The position numbers and the translations under genes are program-made. Shown here piece by piece: positions 39,501 to 54,500 of a DNA stretch of 64,000 nt. This stretch comes from Eledone cirrhosa (lineage: Eukaryota): assembly GCA_964016885.1 (NCBI GenBank), contig OZ024741.1, positions 414,842,001 through 414,906,000 of the forward strand, in the 5' to 3' direction. The stretch's first letter is position 1. Each line of letters begins with the position of its first letter. The notes below the pieces were generated by a model. It was not told the DNA's origin. It did not search any database and saw only the letters and a list, made by a program, of their open reading frames with translations.

Positions 39501-42500
39501 AGAATAAGCTGGTACTGGGACACAACCTAGGTTTCTTACATAATATAGTGTAGTTTAGTAGAATAAGATGGTACTGGGACACAATATAGGTTTCTTACAT
39601 AATATAGTGTAGTTTAGTAGAATAAGCTAGTACTGGGACACAACATAGGTTTCTTACATAATATGGTGTAGTTTAGTAGAATAAGCTGGTACTGGTACAC
39701 AACATAGGTTTCTTACATAATATAGTGTAGTTTAGTAGAATAAGCTGGTACTGGGACACAACTTAGGTTTCTTACATAATATGGTGTGCTTTAGTAGAAA
39801 AAGCTGGGACTGGGACACAACATAGGTCTCTTACATAATATAGTGTAGTTTAGAAGAATAAGCTGGTACTGGGACACAACATAGGTTTCTTACATAATAT
39901 AGTGTAGTTTAGTAGAATAAGTGGGTACTGGTACACAACATAGGTTTCTTACATAATATAGTGTAGTTTAGTAGAATAAGCTGGTACTGGGACACAACTT
40001 AGGTTTCTTACATAATATAGTGTAGTTTAGTAGAAAAAGCTGGTACTGGTACACAACATAGGTTTCTTACATAATATAGTGTAGTTTAGTAGAATAAGCT
40101 GGTACTGGGACACAACATAGGTTTCTTACATAATATAGTGTAGTTTAGTAGAATAAGCTGGGACTGGGACACAACATAGTTTTCTTACATAATATACTGT
40201 AGTTTAGTAGAATAAGCTGGTACTGGGACACAACATAGGTTTCTTACATAATATAGTGTAGTTTAGTAGAATAAGCTGCTACTAGAACACAACATAGGTT
40301 TCTTACATAATATAGTGAGATTTAGTAGAATAAGCTGGTACTGGGACACAACATAGGTTTCTTACATAATATAGTGAGATTTAGTAGAATAAGCTGCTAC
40401 TAGAACACAACATAGGTTTCTTACATAATATAGTGTAGTTTAGTAGAATAAGCTGGTACTGGGACACAACATAGGTTTCTTACATAATATAGTGAGATTT
40501 AGTAGAATAAGCTGGTACTAGAACACAACATAGGTTTCTTACATAATATAGTGAGATTTAGTAGAATAAGCTGGTACTGGGACACAACATAGGTTTCTTA
40601 CATAATATAGTGTAGTTTAGTAGAATAAGCTGGTACTGGGACACAACATAGGTTTCTTACATAATATAGTGAGGTTTAGTAGAATAAGCTGGTACTGGTA
40701 CACAACATAGGTTTCTTACATAATATAGTGTGGTTTAGTAGAATAAGCTGGGACTGGGACACAACATAGGTTTCTTACATAATATAGTGTAGTTTAGTAG
40801 AATAAGCTGGTACTGGGACACAACATAGGTTTCTTACATAATATAGTGAGGTTTAGTAGAATAAGCTGGTACTAGAACACAACATAGGTTTCTTACATAA
40901 TATAGTGTGGTTTAGTAGAATAAGCTGGGACTGGGACACAACATAGGTTTCTTACATAATATAGTGTAGTTTAGTAGAATAAGCTGCTACTAGAACACAA
41001 CATAGGTTTCTTACATAATATAGTGTAGTTTAGTAGAATAAGCTGGTACTGGGACACAACATAGGTTTCTTACATAATATAGTGTAGTTTAGTAGAATAA
41101 GCTGCTACTAGAACACAACATAGGTTTCTTACGTAATATAGTGTAGTTTAGTAGAATAAGCTGGTACTAGAACACAACATAGGTTTCTTACATAATATAG
41201 TGTGGTTTAGTAGAATAAGCTGGTACTGGGACACAACATAGGTTTCTTACATAACATAGTGTAGTTTAGTAGAATAAGCTGGTACTGGGACACAACATAG
41301 GTTTCTTACATAATATAGTGTAGTTTAGTAGAATAAGCTGGTACTGGGACACAACATAGGTTTCTTACATAATATAGTGAGATTTAGTAGAATAAGCTGC
41401 TACTGGGACACAACATAGGTTTCTTACATAATATAGTGTAGTTTAGTAGAATAAGCTGGTACTGGGACACAACATAGGTTTCTTACATAATATAGTGAGA
41501 TTTAGTAGAATAAGCTGCTACTGGGACACAACATAGGTTTCTTACATAATATAGTGTAGTTTAGTAGAATAAGCTGGTACTGGGACACAACATAGGTTTC
41601 TTACATAATATAGTGTAGTTTAGTAGAATAAGCTGGTACTAGAACACAACATAGGTTTCTCACATAATATAGCGTAGTTTAGTAGAATAAGTTGGTACTT
41701 GAACACAACATAGGTTTCTTACATAATATAGTGTAGTTTAGTAGAATAAGCTGGTACTGGGACACAACATAGGTTTCTTACATAATATAGTGTAGTTTAG
41801 TAGAATAAGCTGGTACTGGTACACAACATAGGTTTCTTACATAATATAGTGTAGTTTAGTAGAATAAGCTGGTACCGGGACACAACATAGGTTTCTTACA
41901 TAATATAGTGAGGTTTAGTAGAATAAGCTGGTACTAGAACACAACATAGGCTTCCCACATAATATAGTGTAGTTTAGTAGAATAAGTTGGTACTTGAACA
42001 CAACATAGGTTTCTTACATAATATAGTGTAGTTTAGTAGAATAAGCTGGTACCGGGACACAACATAGGTTTCTTACATAATATAGTGAGGTTTAGTAGAA
42101 TAAGCTGGTACTAGAACACAACATAGGCTTCCCACATAATATAGTGTAGTTTAGTAGAATAAGTTGGTACTTGAACACAACATAGGTTTCTTACATAATA
42201 TAGTGTAGTTTAGTAGAATAAGCTGGTACTGGGACACAACTTAGGTTTCTTACATAATATAGTGTAGTTTAGTAGAAAAAGCTGGTACTGGTACACAACA
42301 TAGGTTTCTTACATAATATAGTGTAGTTTAGTAGAATAAGCTGGTACTGGGACACAACATAGGTTTCTTACATAATATAGTGTAGTTTAGTAGAATAAGC
42401 TGGGACTGGGACACAACATAGTTTTCTTACATAATATACTGTAGTTTAGTAGAATAAGCTGGTACTGGGACACAACATAGGTTTCTTACATAATATAGTG

Positions 42501-45500
42501 TAGTTTAGTAGAATAAGCTGCTACTAGAACACAACATAGGTTTCTTACATAATATAGTGAGATTTAGTAGAATAAGCTGGTACTGGGACACAACATAGGT
42601 TTCTTACATAATATAGTGAGATTTAGTAGAATAAGCTGGTACTGGGACACAACATAGGTTTCTTACATAATATAGTGTAGTTTAGTAGAATAAGCTGGTA
42701 CTGGGACACAACATAGGTTTCTTACATAATATAGTGAGATTTAGTAGAATAAGCTGGTACTAGAACACAACATAGGTTTCTTACATAATATAGTGAGATT
42801 TAGTAGAATAAGCTGGTACTGGGACACAACATAGGTTTCTTACATAATATAGTGTAGTTTAGTAGAATAAGCTGGTACTGGGACACAACATAGGTTTCTT
42901 ACATAATATAGTGAGGTTTAGTAGAATAAGCTGGTACTGGTACACAACATAGGTTTCTTACATAATATAGTGTGGTTTAGTAGAATAAGCTGGGACTGGG
43001 ACACAACATAGGTTTCTTACATAATATAGTGTAGTTTAGTAGAATAAGCTGGTACTGGGACACAACATAGGTTTCTTACATAATATAGTGAGGTTTAGTA
43101 GAATAAGCTGGTACTAGAACACAACATAGGTTTCTTACATAATATAGTGTGGTTTAGTAGAATAAGCTGGGACTGGGACACAACATAGGTTTCTTACATA
43201 ATATAGTGTAGTTTAGTAGAATAAGCTGCTACTAGAACACAACATAGGTTTCTTACATAATATAGTGTAGTTTAGTAGAATAAGCTGGTACTGGGACACA
43301 ACATAGGTTTCTTACATAATATAGTGTGGTTTAGTAGAATAAGCTGGTACTGGGACACAACATAGGTTTCTTACATAACATAGTGTAGTTTAGTAGAATA
43401 AGCTGGTACTGGGACACAACATAGGTTTCTTACATAATATAGTGTAGTTTAGTAGAATAAGCTGGTACTGGGACACAACATAGGTTTCTTACATAATATA
43501 GTGAGATTTAGTAGAATAAGCTGCTACTGGGACACAACATAGGTTTCTTACATAATATAGTGTAGTTTAGTAGAATAAGCTGGTACTGGGACACAACATA
43601 GGTTTCTTACATAATATAGTGAGATTTAGTAGAATAAGCTGCTACTGGGACACAACATAGGTTTCTTACATAATATAGTGTAGTTTAGTAGAATAAGCTG
43701 GTACTGGGACACAACATAGGTTTCTTACATAATATAGTGTAGTTTAGTAGAATAAGCTGGTACTAGAACACAACATAGGTTTCTCACATAATATAGCGTA
43801 GTTTAGTAGAATAAGTTGGTACTTGAACACAACATAGGTTTCTTACATAATATAGTGTAGTTTAGTAGAATAAGCTGGTACTGGGACACAACATAGGTTT
43901 CTTACATAATATAGTGTAGTTTAGTAGAATAAGCTGGTACTGGGACACAACATAGGTTTCTTACATAATATAGTGTAGTTTAGTAGAATAAGCTGGTACT
44001 AGAACACAACATAGGTTTCTCACATAATATAGCATAGTTTAGTAGAATAAGTTGGTACTTGAACACAACATAGGTTTCTTACATAATATAGTGTAGTTTA
44101 GTAGAATAAGCTGGTACTGGGACACAACATAGGTTTCTTACATAATATAGTGTAGTTTAGTAGAATAAGCTGGTACTGGTACACAACATAGGTTTCTTAC
44201 ATAATATAGTGTAGTTTAGTAGAATAAGCTGGTACCGGGACACAACATAGGTTTCTTACATAATATAGTGAGGTTTAGTAGAATAAGCTGGTACTAGAAC
44301 ACAACATAGGCTTCCCACATAATATAGTGTAGTTTAGTAGAATAAGTTGGTACTTGAACACAACATAGGTTTCTTACATAATATAGTGTAGTTTAGTAGA
44401 ATAAGCTGGTACTGGGACACAACATAGGTTTCTTACATAATATAGTGTAGTTTAGTAGAATAAGCTGGTACTGGTACACAACATAGGTTTCTTACATAAT
44501 ATAGTGTAGTTTAGTAGAATAAGCTGGTACCGAGACACAACATAGGTTTCTTACATAATATAGTGTGGTTTAGTAGAATAAGCTGGGACTGGGACACAAC
44601 ATAGGTTTCTTACATAATATAGTGTGGTTTAGTAGAATAAGCTGGGACTGGGACACAACATAGGTTTCTTACATAATATAGTGAGATTTAGTAGAATAAG
44701 CTGCTACTGGGACACAACATAGGTTTCTTACATAATATAGTGTAGTTTAGTAGAATAAGCTGGTACTGGGACACAACATAGGTTTCTTACATAATATAGT
44801 GAGATTTAGTAGAATAAGCTGCTACTGGGACACAACATAGGTTTCTTACATAATATAGTGTAGTTTAGTAGAATAAGCTGGTACTGGGACACAACATAGG
44901 TTTCTTACATAATATAGTGTAGTTTAGTAGAATAAGCTGGTACTAGAACACAACATAGGTTTCTCACATAATATAGCGTAGTTTAGTAGAATAAGTTGGT
45001 ACTTGAACACAACATAGGTTTCTTACATAATATAGTGTAGTTTAGTAGAATAAGCTGGTACTGGGACACAACATAGGTTTCTTACATAATATAGTGTAGT
45101 TTAGTAGAATAAGCTGGTACTGGTACACAACATAGGTTTCTTACATAATATAGTGTAGTTTAGTAGAATAAGCTGGTACCGGGACACAACATAGGTTTCT
45201 TACATAATATAGTGAGGTTTAGTAGAATAAGCTGGTACTAGAACACAACATAGGCTTCCCACATAATATAGTGTAGTTTAGTAGAATAAGTTGGTACTTG
45301 AACACAACATAGGTTTCTTACATAATATAGTGTAGTTTAGTAGAATAAGCTGGTACCGGGACACAACATAGGTTTCTTACATAATATAGTGAGGTTTAGT
45401 AGAATAAGCTGGTACTAGAACACAACATAGGCTTCCCACATAATATAGTGTAGTTTAGTAGAATAAGTTGGTACTTGAACACAACATAGGTTTCTTACAT

Positions 45501-48500
45501 AATATAGTGTAGTTTAGTAGAATAAGCTGGTACTGGGACACAACTTAGGTTTCTTACATAATATAGTGTAGTTTAGTAGAAAAAGCTGGTACTGGTACAC
45601 AACATAGGTTTCTTACATAATATAGTGTAGTTTAGTAGAATAAGCTGGTACTGGGACACAACATAGGTTTCTTACATAATATAGTGTAGTTTAGTAGAAT
45701 AAGCTGGGACTGGGACACAACATAGTTTTCTTACATAATATACTGTAGTTTAGTAGAATAAGCTGGTACTGGGACACAACATAGGTTTCTTACATAATAT
45801 AGTGTAGTTTAGTAGAATAAGCTGCTACTAGAACACAACATAGGTTTCTTACATAATATAGTGAGATTTAGTAGAATAAGCTGGTACTGGGACACAACAT
45901 AGGTTTCTTACATAATATAGTGAGATTTAGTAGAATAAGCTGGTACTGGGACACAACATAGGTTTCTTACATAATATAGTGTAGTTTAGTAGAATAAGCT
46001 GGTACTGGGACACAACATAGGTTTCTTACATAATATAGTGAGATTTAGTAGAATAAGCTGGTACTAGAACACAACATAGGTTTCTTACATAATATAGTGA
46101 GATTTAGTAGAATAAGCTGGTACTGGGACACAACATAGGTTTCTTACATAATATAGTGTAGTTTAGTAGAATAAGCTGGTACTGGGACACAACATAGGTT
46201 TCTTACATAATATAGTGAGGTTTAGTAGAATAAGCTGGTACTGGTACACAACATAGGTTTCTTACATAATATAGTGTGGTTTAGTAGAATAAGCTGGGAC
46301 TGGGACACAACATAGGTTTCTTACATAATATAGTGTAGTTTAGTAGAATAAGCTGGTACTGGGACACAACATAGGTTTCTTACATAATATAGTGAGGTTT
46401 AGTAGAATAAGCTGGTACTAGAACACAACATAGGTTTCTTACATAATATAGTGTGGTTTAGTAGAATAAGCTGGGACTGGGACACAACATAGGTTTCTTA
46501 CATAATATAGTGTAGTTTAGTAGAATAAGCTGCTACTAGAACACAACATAGGTTTCTTACATAATATAGTGTAGTTTAGTAGAATAAGCTGGTACTGGGA
46601 CACAACATAGGTTTCTTACATAATATAGTGTAGTTTAGTAGAATAAGCTGCTACTAGAACACAACATAGGTTTCTTACATAATATAGTGTAGTTTAGTAG
46701 AATAAGCTGGTACTAGAACACAACATAGGTTTCTTACATAATATAGTGTGGTTTAGTAGAATAAGCTGGTACTGGGACACAACATAGGTTTCTTACATAA
46801 CATAGTGTAGTTTAGTAGAATAAGCTGGTACTGGGACACAACATAGGTTTCTTACATAATATAGTGTAGTTTAGTAGAATAAGCTGGTACTGGGACACAA
46901 CATAGGTTTCTTACATAATATAGTGAGATTTAGTAGAATAAGCTGCTACTGGGACACAACATAGGTTTCTTACATAATATAGTGTAGTTTAGTAGAATAA
47001 GCTGGTACTGGGACACAACATAGGTTTCTTACATAATATAGTGAGATTTAGTAGAATAAGCTGCTACTGGGACACAACATAGGTTTCTTACATAATATAG
47101 TGTAGTTTAGTAGAATAAGCTGGTACTGGGACACAACATAGGTTTCTTACATAATATAGTGTAGTTTAGTAGAATAAGCTGGTACTAGAACACAACATAG
47201 GTTTCTCACATAATATAGCGTAGTTTAGTAGAATAAGTTGGTACTTGAACACAACATAGGTTTCTTACATAATATAGTGTAGTTTAGTAGAATAAGCTGG
47301 TACTGGGACACAACATAGGTTTCTTACATAATATAGTGTAGTTTAGTAGAATAAGCTGGTACTGGGACACAACATAGGTTTCTTACATAATATAGTGTAG
47401 TTTAGTAGAATAAGCTGGTACTAGAACACAACATAGGTTTCTCACATAATATAGCATAGTTTAGTAGAATAAGTTGGTACTTGAACACAACATAGGTTTC
47501 TTACATAATATAGTGTAGTTTAGTAGAATAAGCTGGTACTGGGACACAACATAGGTTTCTTACATAATATAGTGTAGTTTAGTAGAATAAGCTGGTACTG
47601 GTACACAACATAGGTTTCTTACATAATATAGTGTAGTTTAGTAGAATAAGCTGGTACCGGGACACAACATAGGTTTCTTACATAATATAGTGAGGTTTAG
47701 TAGAATAAGCTGGTACTAGAACACAACATAGGCTTCCCACATAATATAGTGTAGTTTAGTAGAATAAGTTGGTACTTGAACACAACATAGGTTTCTTACA
47801 TAATATAGTGTAGTTTAGTAGAATAAGCTGGTACTGGGACACAACATAGGTTTCTTACATAATATAGTGTAGTTTAGTAGAATAAGCTGGTACTGGTACA
47901 CAACATAGGTTTCTTACATAATATAGTGTAGTTTAGTAGAATAAGCTGGTACCGAGACACAACATAGGTTTCTTACATAATATAGTGTGGTTTAGTAGAA
48001 TAAGCTGGGACTGGGACACAACATAGGTTTCTTACATAATATAGTGTGGTTTAGTAGAATAAGCTGGGACTGGGACACAACATAGGTTTCTTACATAATA
48101 TAGTGAGGTTTAGTAGAATAAGCTGGTACTAGAACACAACATAGGTTTCTTACATAATATAGTGTAGTTTAGTAGAATAAGATGGTACTAGAACACAACA
48201 TAGGTTTGTTACATAATATAGTGAGGTTTAGTAGAATAAGCTGGTACTGGTACACAACATAGGTTTCTTACATAATATAGTGTAGTTTAGTAGAATAAGC
48301 TGGTACTGGGACACAACATAGGTTTCTTACATAATATAGTGTAGATTAGTAGAATAAGCTGGTACTGGTACACAACATAGGTTTCTTACATACTATAGTG
48401 TAGTTTAGTAGAATAAGCTGGGACTAGGACACAACATAGGTTTCTTACATAATATAGTGTAGTTTAGTAGAATAAGCTGGTACTGGTACACAACATAGGT

Positions 48501-51500
48501 TTCTTACATAATATAGTGTGGTTTAGTAGAATAAGCTGGTACTGGGACACAACATAGGTTTCTCACATAATATAGTGTAGTTTAGTAGAATAAGCTGGGA
48601 CTGGGACACAACATAGGTTTCTTACATAATATAGTGTAGTTTAGTAGAATAAGTTGGTACTAGAACACAACATAGGTTTCTTACATAATATCGTGTAGTT
48701 TAGTAGAATAAGCTGGGACTGGGACACAACATAGGTTTCTCACATAATATAGTGTAGTTTAGTAGAATAAGCTGGGACTGGGACACAACATAGGTTTCTT
48801 ACATAATATAGTGTAGTTTAGTAGAATAAGCTGGTACTGGGACACAACATAGGTTTCTTACATAATATAGTGTAGTTTAGTAGAATAAGCTGCTACTAGA
48901 ACACAACATAGGTTTCTTACATAATATAGTGTAGTTTAGGAGAATAAGCTGGTACTGGGACACAACATAGGTTTCTCACATAATATAGTGTAGTTTAGTA
49001 GAATAAGTTGGTACTAGAACACAACATAGGTTTCTTACATAATATCGTGTAGTTTAGTAGAATAAGCTGGGACTGGGACACAACATAGGTTTCTTACATA
49101 ATATAGTGTAGTTTAGTAGAATAAGCTGGTACTAGAACACAACATAGGTTTCTCACATAATATAGTGTAGTTTAGTAGAATAAGTTGGTACTAGAACACA
49201 ACATAGGTTTCTTACATAATATAGTGTAGTTTAGTAGAATAAGCTGGTACTGGGACACAACATAGGTTTCTTACATAATATAGTGTAGTTTAGTAGAATA
49301 AGCTGGTACTGCGACACAACATAGGTTTCTTACATAATATAGTGTAGTTTAGTAGAATAAGATGGTACTGGGACACAACATAGGTTTCTTACATAATATA
49401 GTGTGGTTTAGTAGAATAAGCTGGTACTGGTACACAACATAGATTTCTTACATAATATAGTGTAGTTTAGTAGAATAAGCTGGGACTGGGACACAACATA
49501 GGTTTCTTACATAATATAGTGTAGTTTAGTAGAATAAGCTGGTACTGGGACACAACATAGGTTTCTTACATAATATAGTGTAGTTTAGTAGAATAAGCTG
49601 GTACTGGGACACAAAATAGGTTTCTTACATAATATAGTGTAGTTTAGTAGAATAAGCTGCTACTAGAACACAACATAGGTTTCTTACATAATATAGTGTA
49701 GTTTAGTAGAATAAGCTGGTACTGGGACACAAAATAGGTTTCTTACATAATATAGTGTAGTTTAGTAGAATAAGCTGGTACTAGAACACAACATAGGTTT
49801 CTTACATAATATAGTGTAGTTTAGTAGAATAAGCTGGTACTGGGACACAAAATAGGTTTCTTACATAATATAGTGTAGTTTAGTAGAATAAGCTGCTACT
49901 AGAACACAACATAGGTTTCTTACATAATATAGTGTCGTTTAGTAGAATAAGCTGGTACTGGGACACAACATAGGTTTCTTACATAATATAGTGTAGTTTA
50001 GTAGAATAAGCTGCTACTAGAACACAACATAGGTTTCTTACATAATATAGTGTAGTTTAGTAGAATAAGCTGGTACTAGAACACAACATAGGTTTCTTAC
50101 ATAATATAGTGTAGTTTAGTAGAATAAGCTGGTACTGGGACACAACATAGGTTTCTTACATAATATAGTGTAGTTTAGAAGAATAAGCTGGTACTGGGAC
50201 ACAACATAGGTTTCTTACATAATATGGTGTAGTTTAGTAGAATAAGCTGGTACTGGGACACAACATAGGTTTCTTACATAATATAGTGTAGTTTAGTAGA
50301 ATAAGCTGGTACTAGAACACAACATAGGTTTCTCACATAATATAGCGTAGTTTAGTAGAATAAGTTGGTACTTGAACACAACATAGGTTTCTTACATAAT
50401 ATAGTGTAGTTTAGTAGAATAAGCTGGTACTGGGACACAACATAGGTTTCTTACATAATATAGTGTAGTTTAGTAGAATAAGCTGGTACTGGGACACAAC
50501 ATAGGTTTCTTACATAATATAGTGTAGTTTAGTAGAATAAGCTGGTACTAGAACACAACATAGGTTTCTCACATAATATAGCATAGTTTAGTAGAATAAG
50601 TTGGTACTTGAACACAACATAGGTTTCTTACATAATATAGTGTAGTTTAGTAGAATAAGCTGGTACTGGGACACAACATAGGTTTCTTACATAATATAGT
50701 GTAGTTTAGTAGAATAAGCTGGTACTGGTACACAACATAGGTTTCTTACATAATATAGTGTAGTTTAGTAGAATAAGCTGGTACCGGGACACAACATAGG
50801 TTTCTTACATAATATAGTGAGGTTTAGTAGAATAAGCTGGTACTAGAACACAACATAGGCTTCCCACATAATATAGTGTAGTTTAGTAGAATAAGTTGGT
50901 ACTTGAACACAACATAGGTTTCTTACATAATATAGTGTAGTTTAGTAGAATAAGCTGGTACTGGGACACAACATAGGTTTCTTACATAATATAGTGTAGT
51001 TTAGTAGAATAAGCTGGTACTGGTACACAACATAGGTTTCTTACATAATATAGTGTAGTTTAGTAGAATAAGCTGGTACCGAGACACAACATAGGTTTCT
51101 TACATAATATAGTGTGGTTTAGTAGAATAAGCTGGGACTGGGACACAACATAGGTTTCTTACATAATATAGTGTGGTTTAGTAGAATAAGCTGGGACTGG
51201 GACACAACATAGGTTTCTTACATAATATAGTGAGGTTTAGTAGAATAAGCTGGTACTAGAACACAACATAGGTTTCTTACATAATATAGTGTAGTTTAGT
51301 AGAATAAGATGGTACTAGAACACAACATAGGTTTGTTACATAATATAGTGAGGTTTAGTAGAATAAGCTGGTACTGGTACACAACATAGGTTTCTTACAT
51401 AATATAGTGTAGTTTAGTAGAATAAGCTGGTACTGGGACACAACATAGGTTTCTTACATAATATAGTGTAGATTAGTAGAATAAGCTGGTACTGGTACAC

Positions 51501-54500
51501 AACATAGGTTTCTTACATACTATAGTGTAGTTTAGTAGAATAAGCTGGGACTAGGACACAACATAGGTTTCTTACATAATATAGTGTAGTTTAGTAGAAT
51601 AAGCTGGTACTGGTACACAACATAGGTTTCTTACATAATATAGTGTGGTTTAGTAGAATAAGCTGGTACTGGGACACAACATAGGTTTCTCACATAATAT
51701 AGTGTAGTTTAGTAGAATAAGCTGGGACTGGGACACAACATAGGTTTCTTACATAATATAGTGAGGTTTAGTAGAATAAGCTGGTACTAGAACACAACAT
51801 AGGTTTCTTACATAATATAGTGTAGTTTAGTAGAATAAGATGGTACTAGAACACAACATAGGTTTGTTACATAATATAGTGAGGTTTAGTAGAATAAGCT
51901 GGTACTGGTACACAACATAGGTTTCTTACATAATATAGTGTAGTTTAGTAGAATAAGCTGGTACTGGGACACAACATAGGTTTCTTACATAATATAGTGT
52001 AGATTAGTAGAATAAGCTGGTACTGGTACACAACATAGGTTTCTTACATACTATAGTGTAGTTTAGTAGAATAAGCTGGGACTAGGACACAACATAGGTT
52101 TCTTACATAATATAGTGTAGTTTAGTAGAATAAGCTGGTACTGGTACACAACATAGGTTTCTTACATAATATAGTGTGGTTTAGTAGAATAAGCTGGTAC
52201 TGGGACACAACATAGGTTTCTCACATAATATAGTGTAGTTTAGTAGAATAAGCTGGGACTGGGACACAACATAGGTTTCTTACATAATATAGTGTAGTTT
52301 AGTAGAATAAGTTGGTACTAGAACACAACATAGGTTTCTTACATAATATCGTGTAGTTTAGTAGAATAAGCTGGGACTGGGACACAACATAGGTTTCTCA
52401 CATAATATAGTGTAGTTTAGTAGAATAAGCTGGGACTGGGACACAACATAGGTTTCTTACATAATATAGTGTAGTTTAGTAGAATAAGCTGGTACTGGGA
52501 CACAACATAGGTTTCTTACATAATATAGTGTAGTTTAGTAGAATAAGCTGCTACTAGAACACAACATAGGTTTCTTACATAATATAGTGTAGTTTAGGAG
52601 AATAAGCTGGTACTGGGACACAACATAGGTTTCTCACATAATATAGTGTAGTTTAGTAGAATAAGTTGGTACTAGAACACAACATAGGTTTCTTACATAA
52701 TATCGTGTAGTTTAGTAGAATAAGCTGGGACTGGGACACAACATAGGTTTCTTACATAATATAGTGTAGTTTAGTAGAATAAGCTGGTACTAGAACACAA
52801 CATAGGTTTCTCACATAATATAGTGTAGTTTAGTAGAATAAGTTGGTACTAGAACACAACATAGGTTTCTTACATAATATAGTGTAGTTTAGTAGAATAA
52901 GCTGGTACTGGGACACAACATAGGTTTCTTACATAATATAGTGTAGTTTAGTAGAATAAGCTGGTACTGCGACACAACATAGGTTTCTTACATAATATAG
53001 TGTAGTTTAGTAGAATAAGATGGTACTGGGACACAACATAGGTTTCTTACATAATATAGTGTGGTTTAGTAGAATAAGCTGGTACTGGTACACAACATAG
53101 ATTTCTTACATAATATAGTGTAGTTTAGTAGAATAAGCTGGGACTGGGACACAACATAGGTTTCTTACATAATATAGTGTAGTTTAGTAGAATAAGCTGG
53201 TACTGGGACACAACATAGGTTTCTTACATAATATAGTGTAGTTTAGTAGAATAAGCTGGTACTGGGACACAAAATAGGTTTCTTACATAATATAGTGTAG
53301 TTTAGTAGAATAAGCTGCTACTAGAACACAACATAGGTTTCTTACATAATATAGTGTAGTTTAGTAGAATAAGCTGGTACTGGGACACAAAATAGGTTTC
53401 TTACATAATATAGTGTAGTTTAGTAGAATAAGCTGGTACTAGAACACAACATAGGTTTCTTACATAATATAGTGTAGTTTAGTAGAATAAGCTGGTACTG
53501 GGACACAAAATAGGTTTCTTACATAATATAGTGTAGTTTAGTAGAATAAGCTGCTACTAGAACACAACATAGGTTTCTTACATAATATAGTGTCGTTTAG
53601 TAGAATAAGCTGGTACTGGGACACAACATAGGTTTCTTACATAATATAGTGTAGTTTAGTAGAATAAGCTGCTACTAGAACACAACATAGGTTTCTTACA
53701 TAATATAGTGTAGTTTAGTAGAATAAGCTGGTACTAGAACACAACATAGGTTTCTTACATAATATAGTGTAGTTTAGTAGAATAAGCTGCTACTAGAACA
53801 CAACATAGGTTTCTTACATAATATAGTGTAGTTTAGTAGAATAAGCTGGTACTAGAACACAACATAGGTTTCTTACATAATATAGTGTAGTTTAGTAGAA
53901 TAAGCTGGTACTGGGACACAACATAGGTTTCTTACATAATATAGTGTAGTTTAGAAGAATAAGCTGGTACTGGGACACAACATAGGTTTCTTACATAATA
54001 TGGTGTAGTTTAGTAGAATAAGCTGGTACTGGGACACAACATAGGTTTCTTACATAATATAGTGTAGTTTAGTAGAATAAGCTGGTACTAGAACACAACA
54101 TAGGTTTCTCACATAATATAGCGTAGTTTAGTAGAATAAGTTGGTACTTGAACACAACATAGGTTTCTTACATAATATAGTGTAGTTTAGTAGAATAAGC
54201 TGGTACTGGGACACAACATAGGTTTCTTACATAATATAGTGTAGTTTAGTAGAATAAGCTGGTACTGGGACACAACATAGGTTTCTTACATAATATAGTG
54301 TAGTTTAGTAGAATAAGCTGGTACTAGAACACAACATAGGTTTCTCACATAATATAGCATAGTTTAGTAGAATAAGTTGGTACTTGAACACAACATAGGT
54401 TTCTTACATAATATAGTGTAGTTTAGTAGAATAAGCTGGTACTGGGACACAACATAGGTTTCTTACATAATATAGTGTAGTTTAGTAGAATAAGCTGGTA

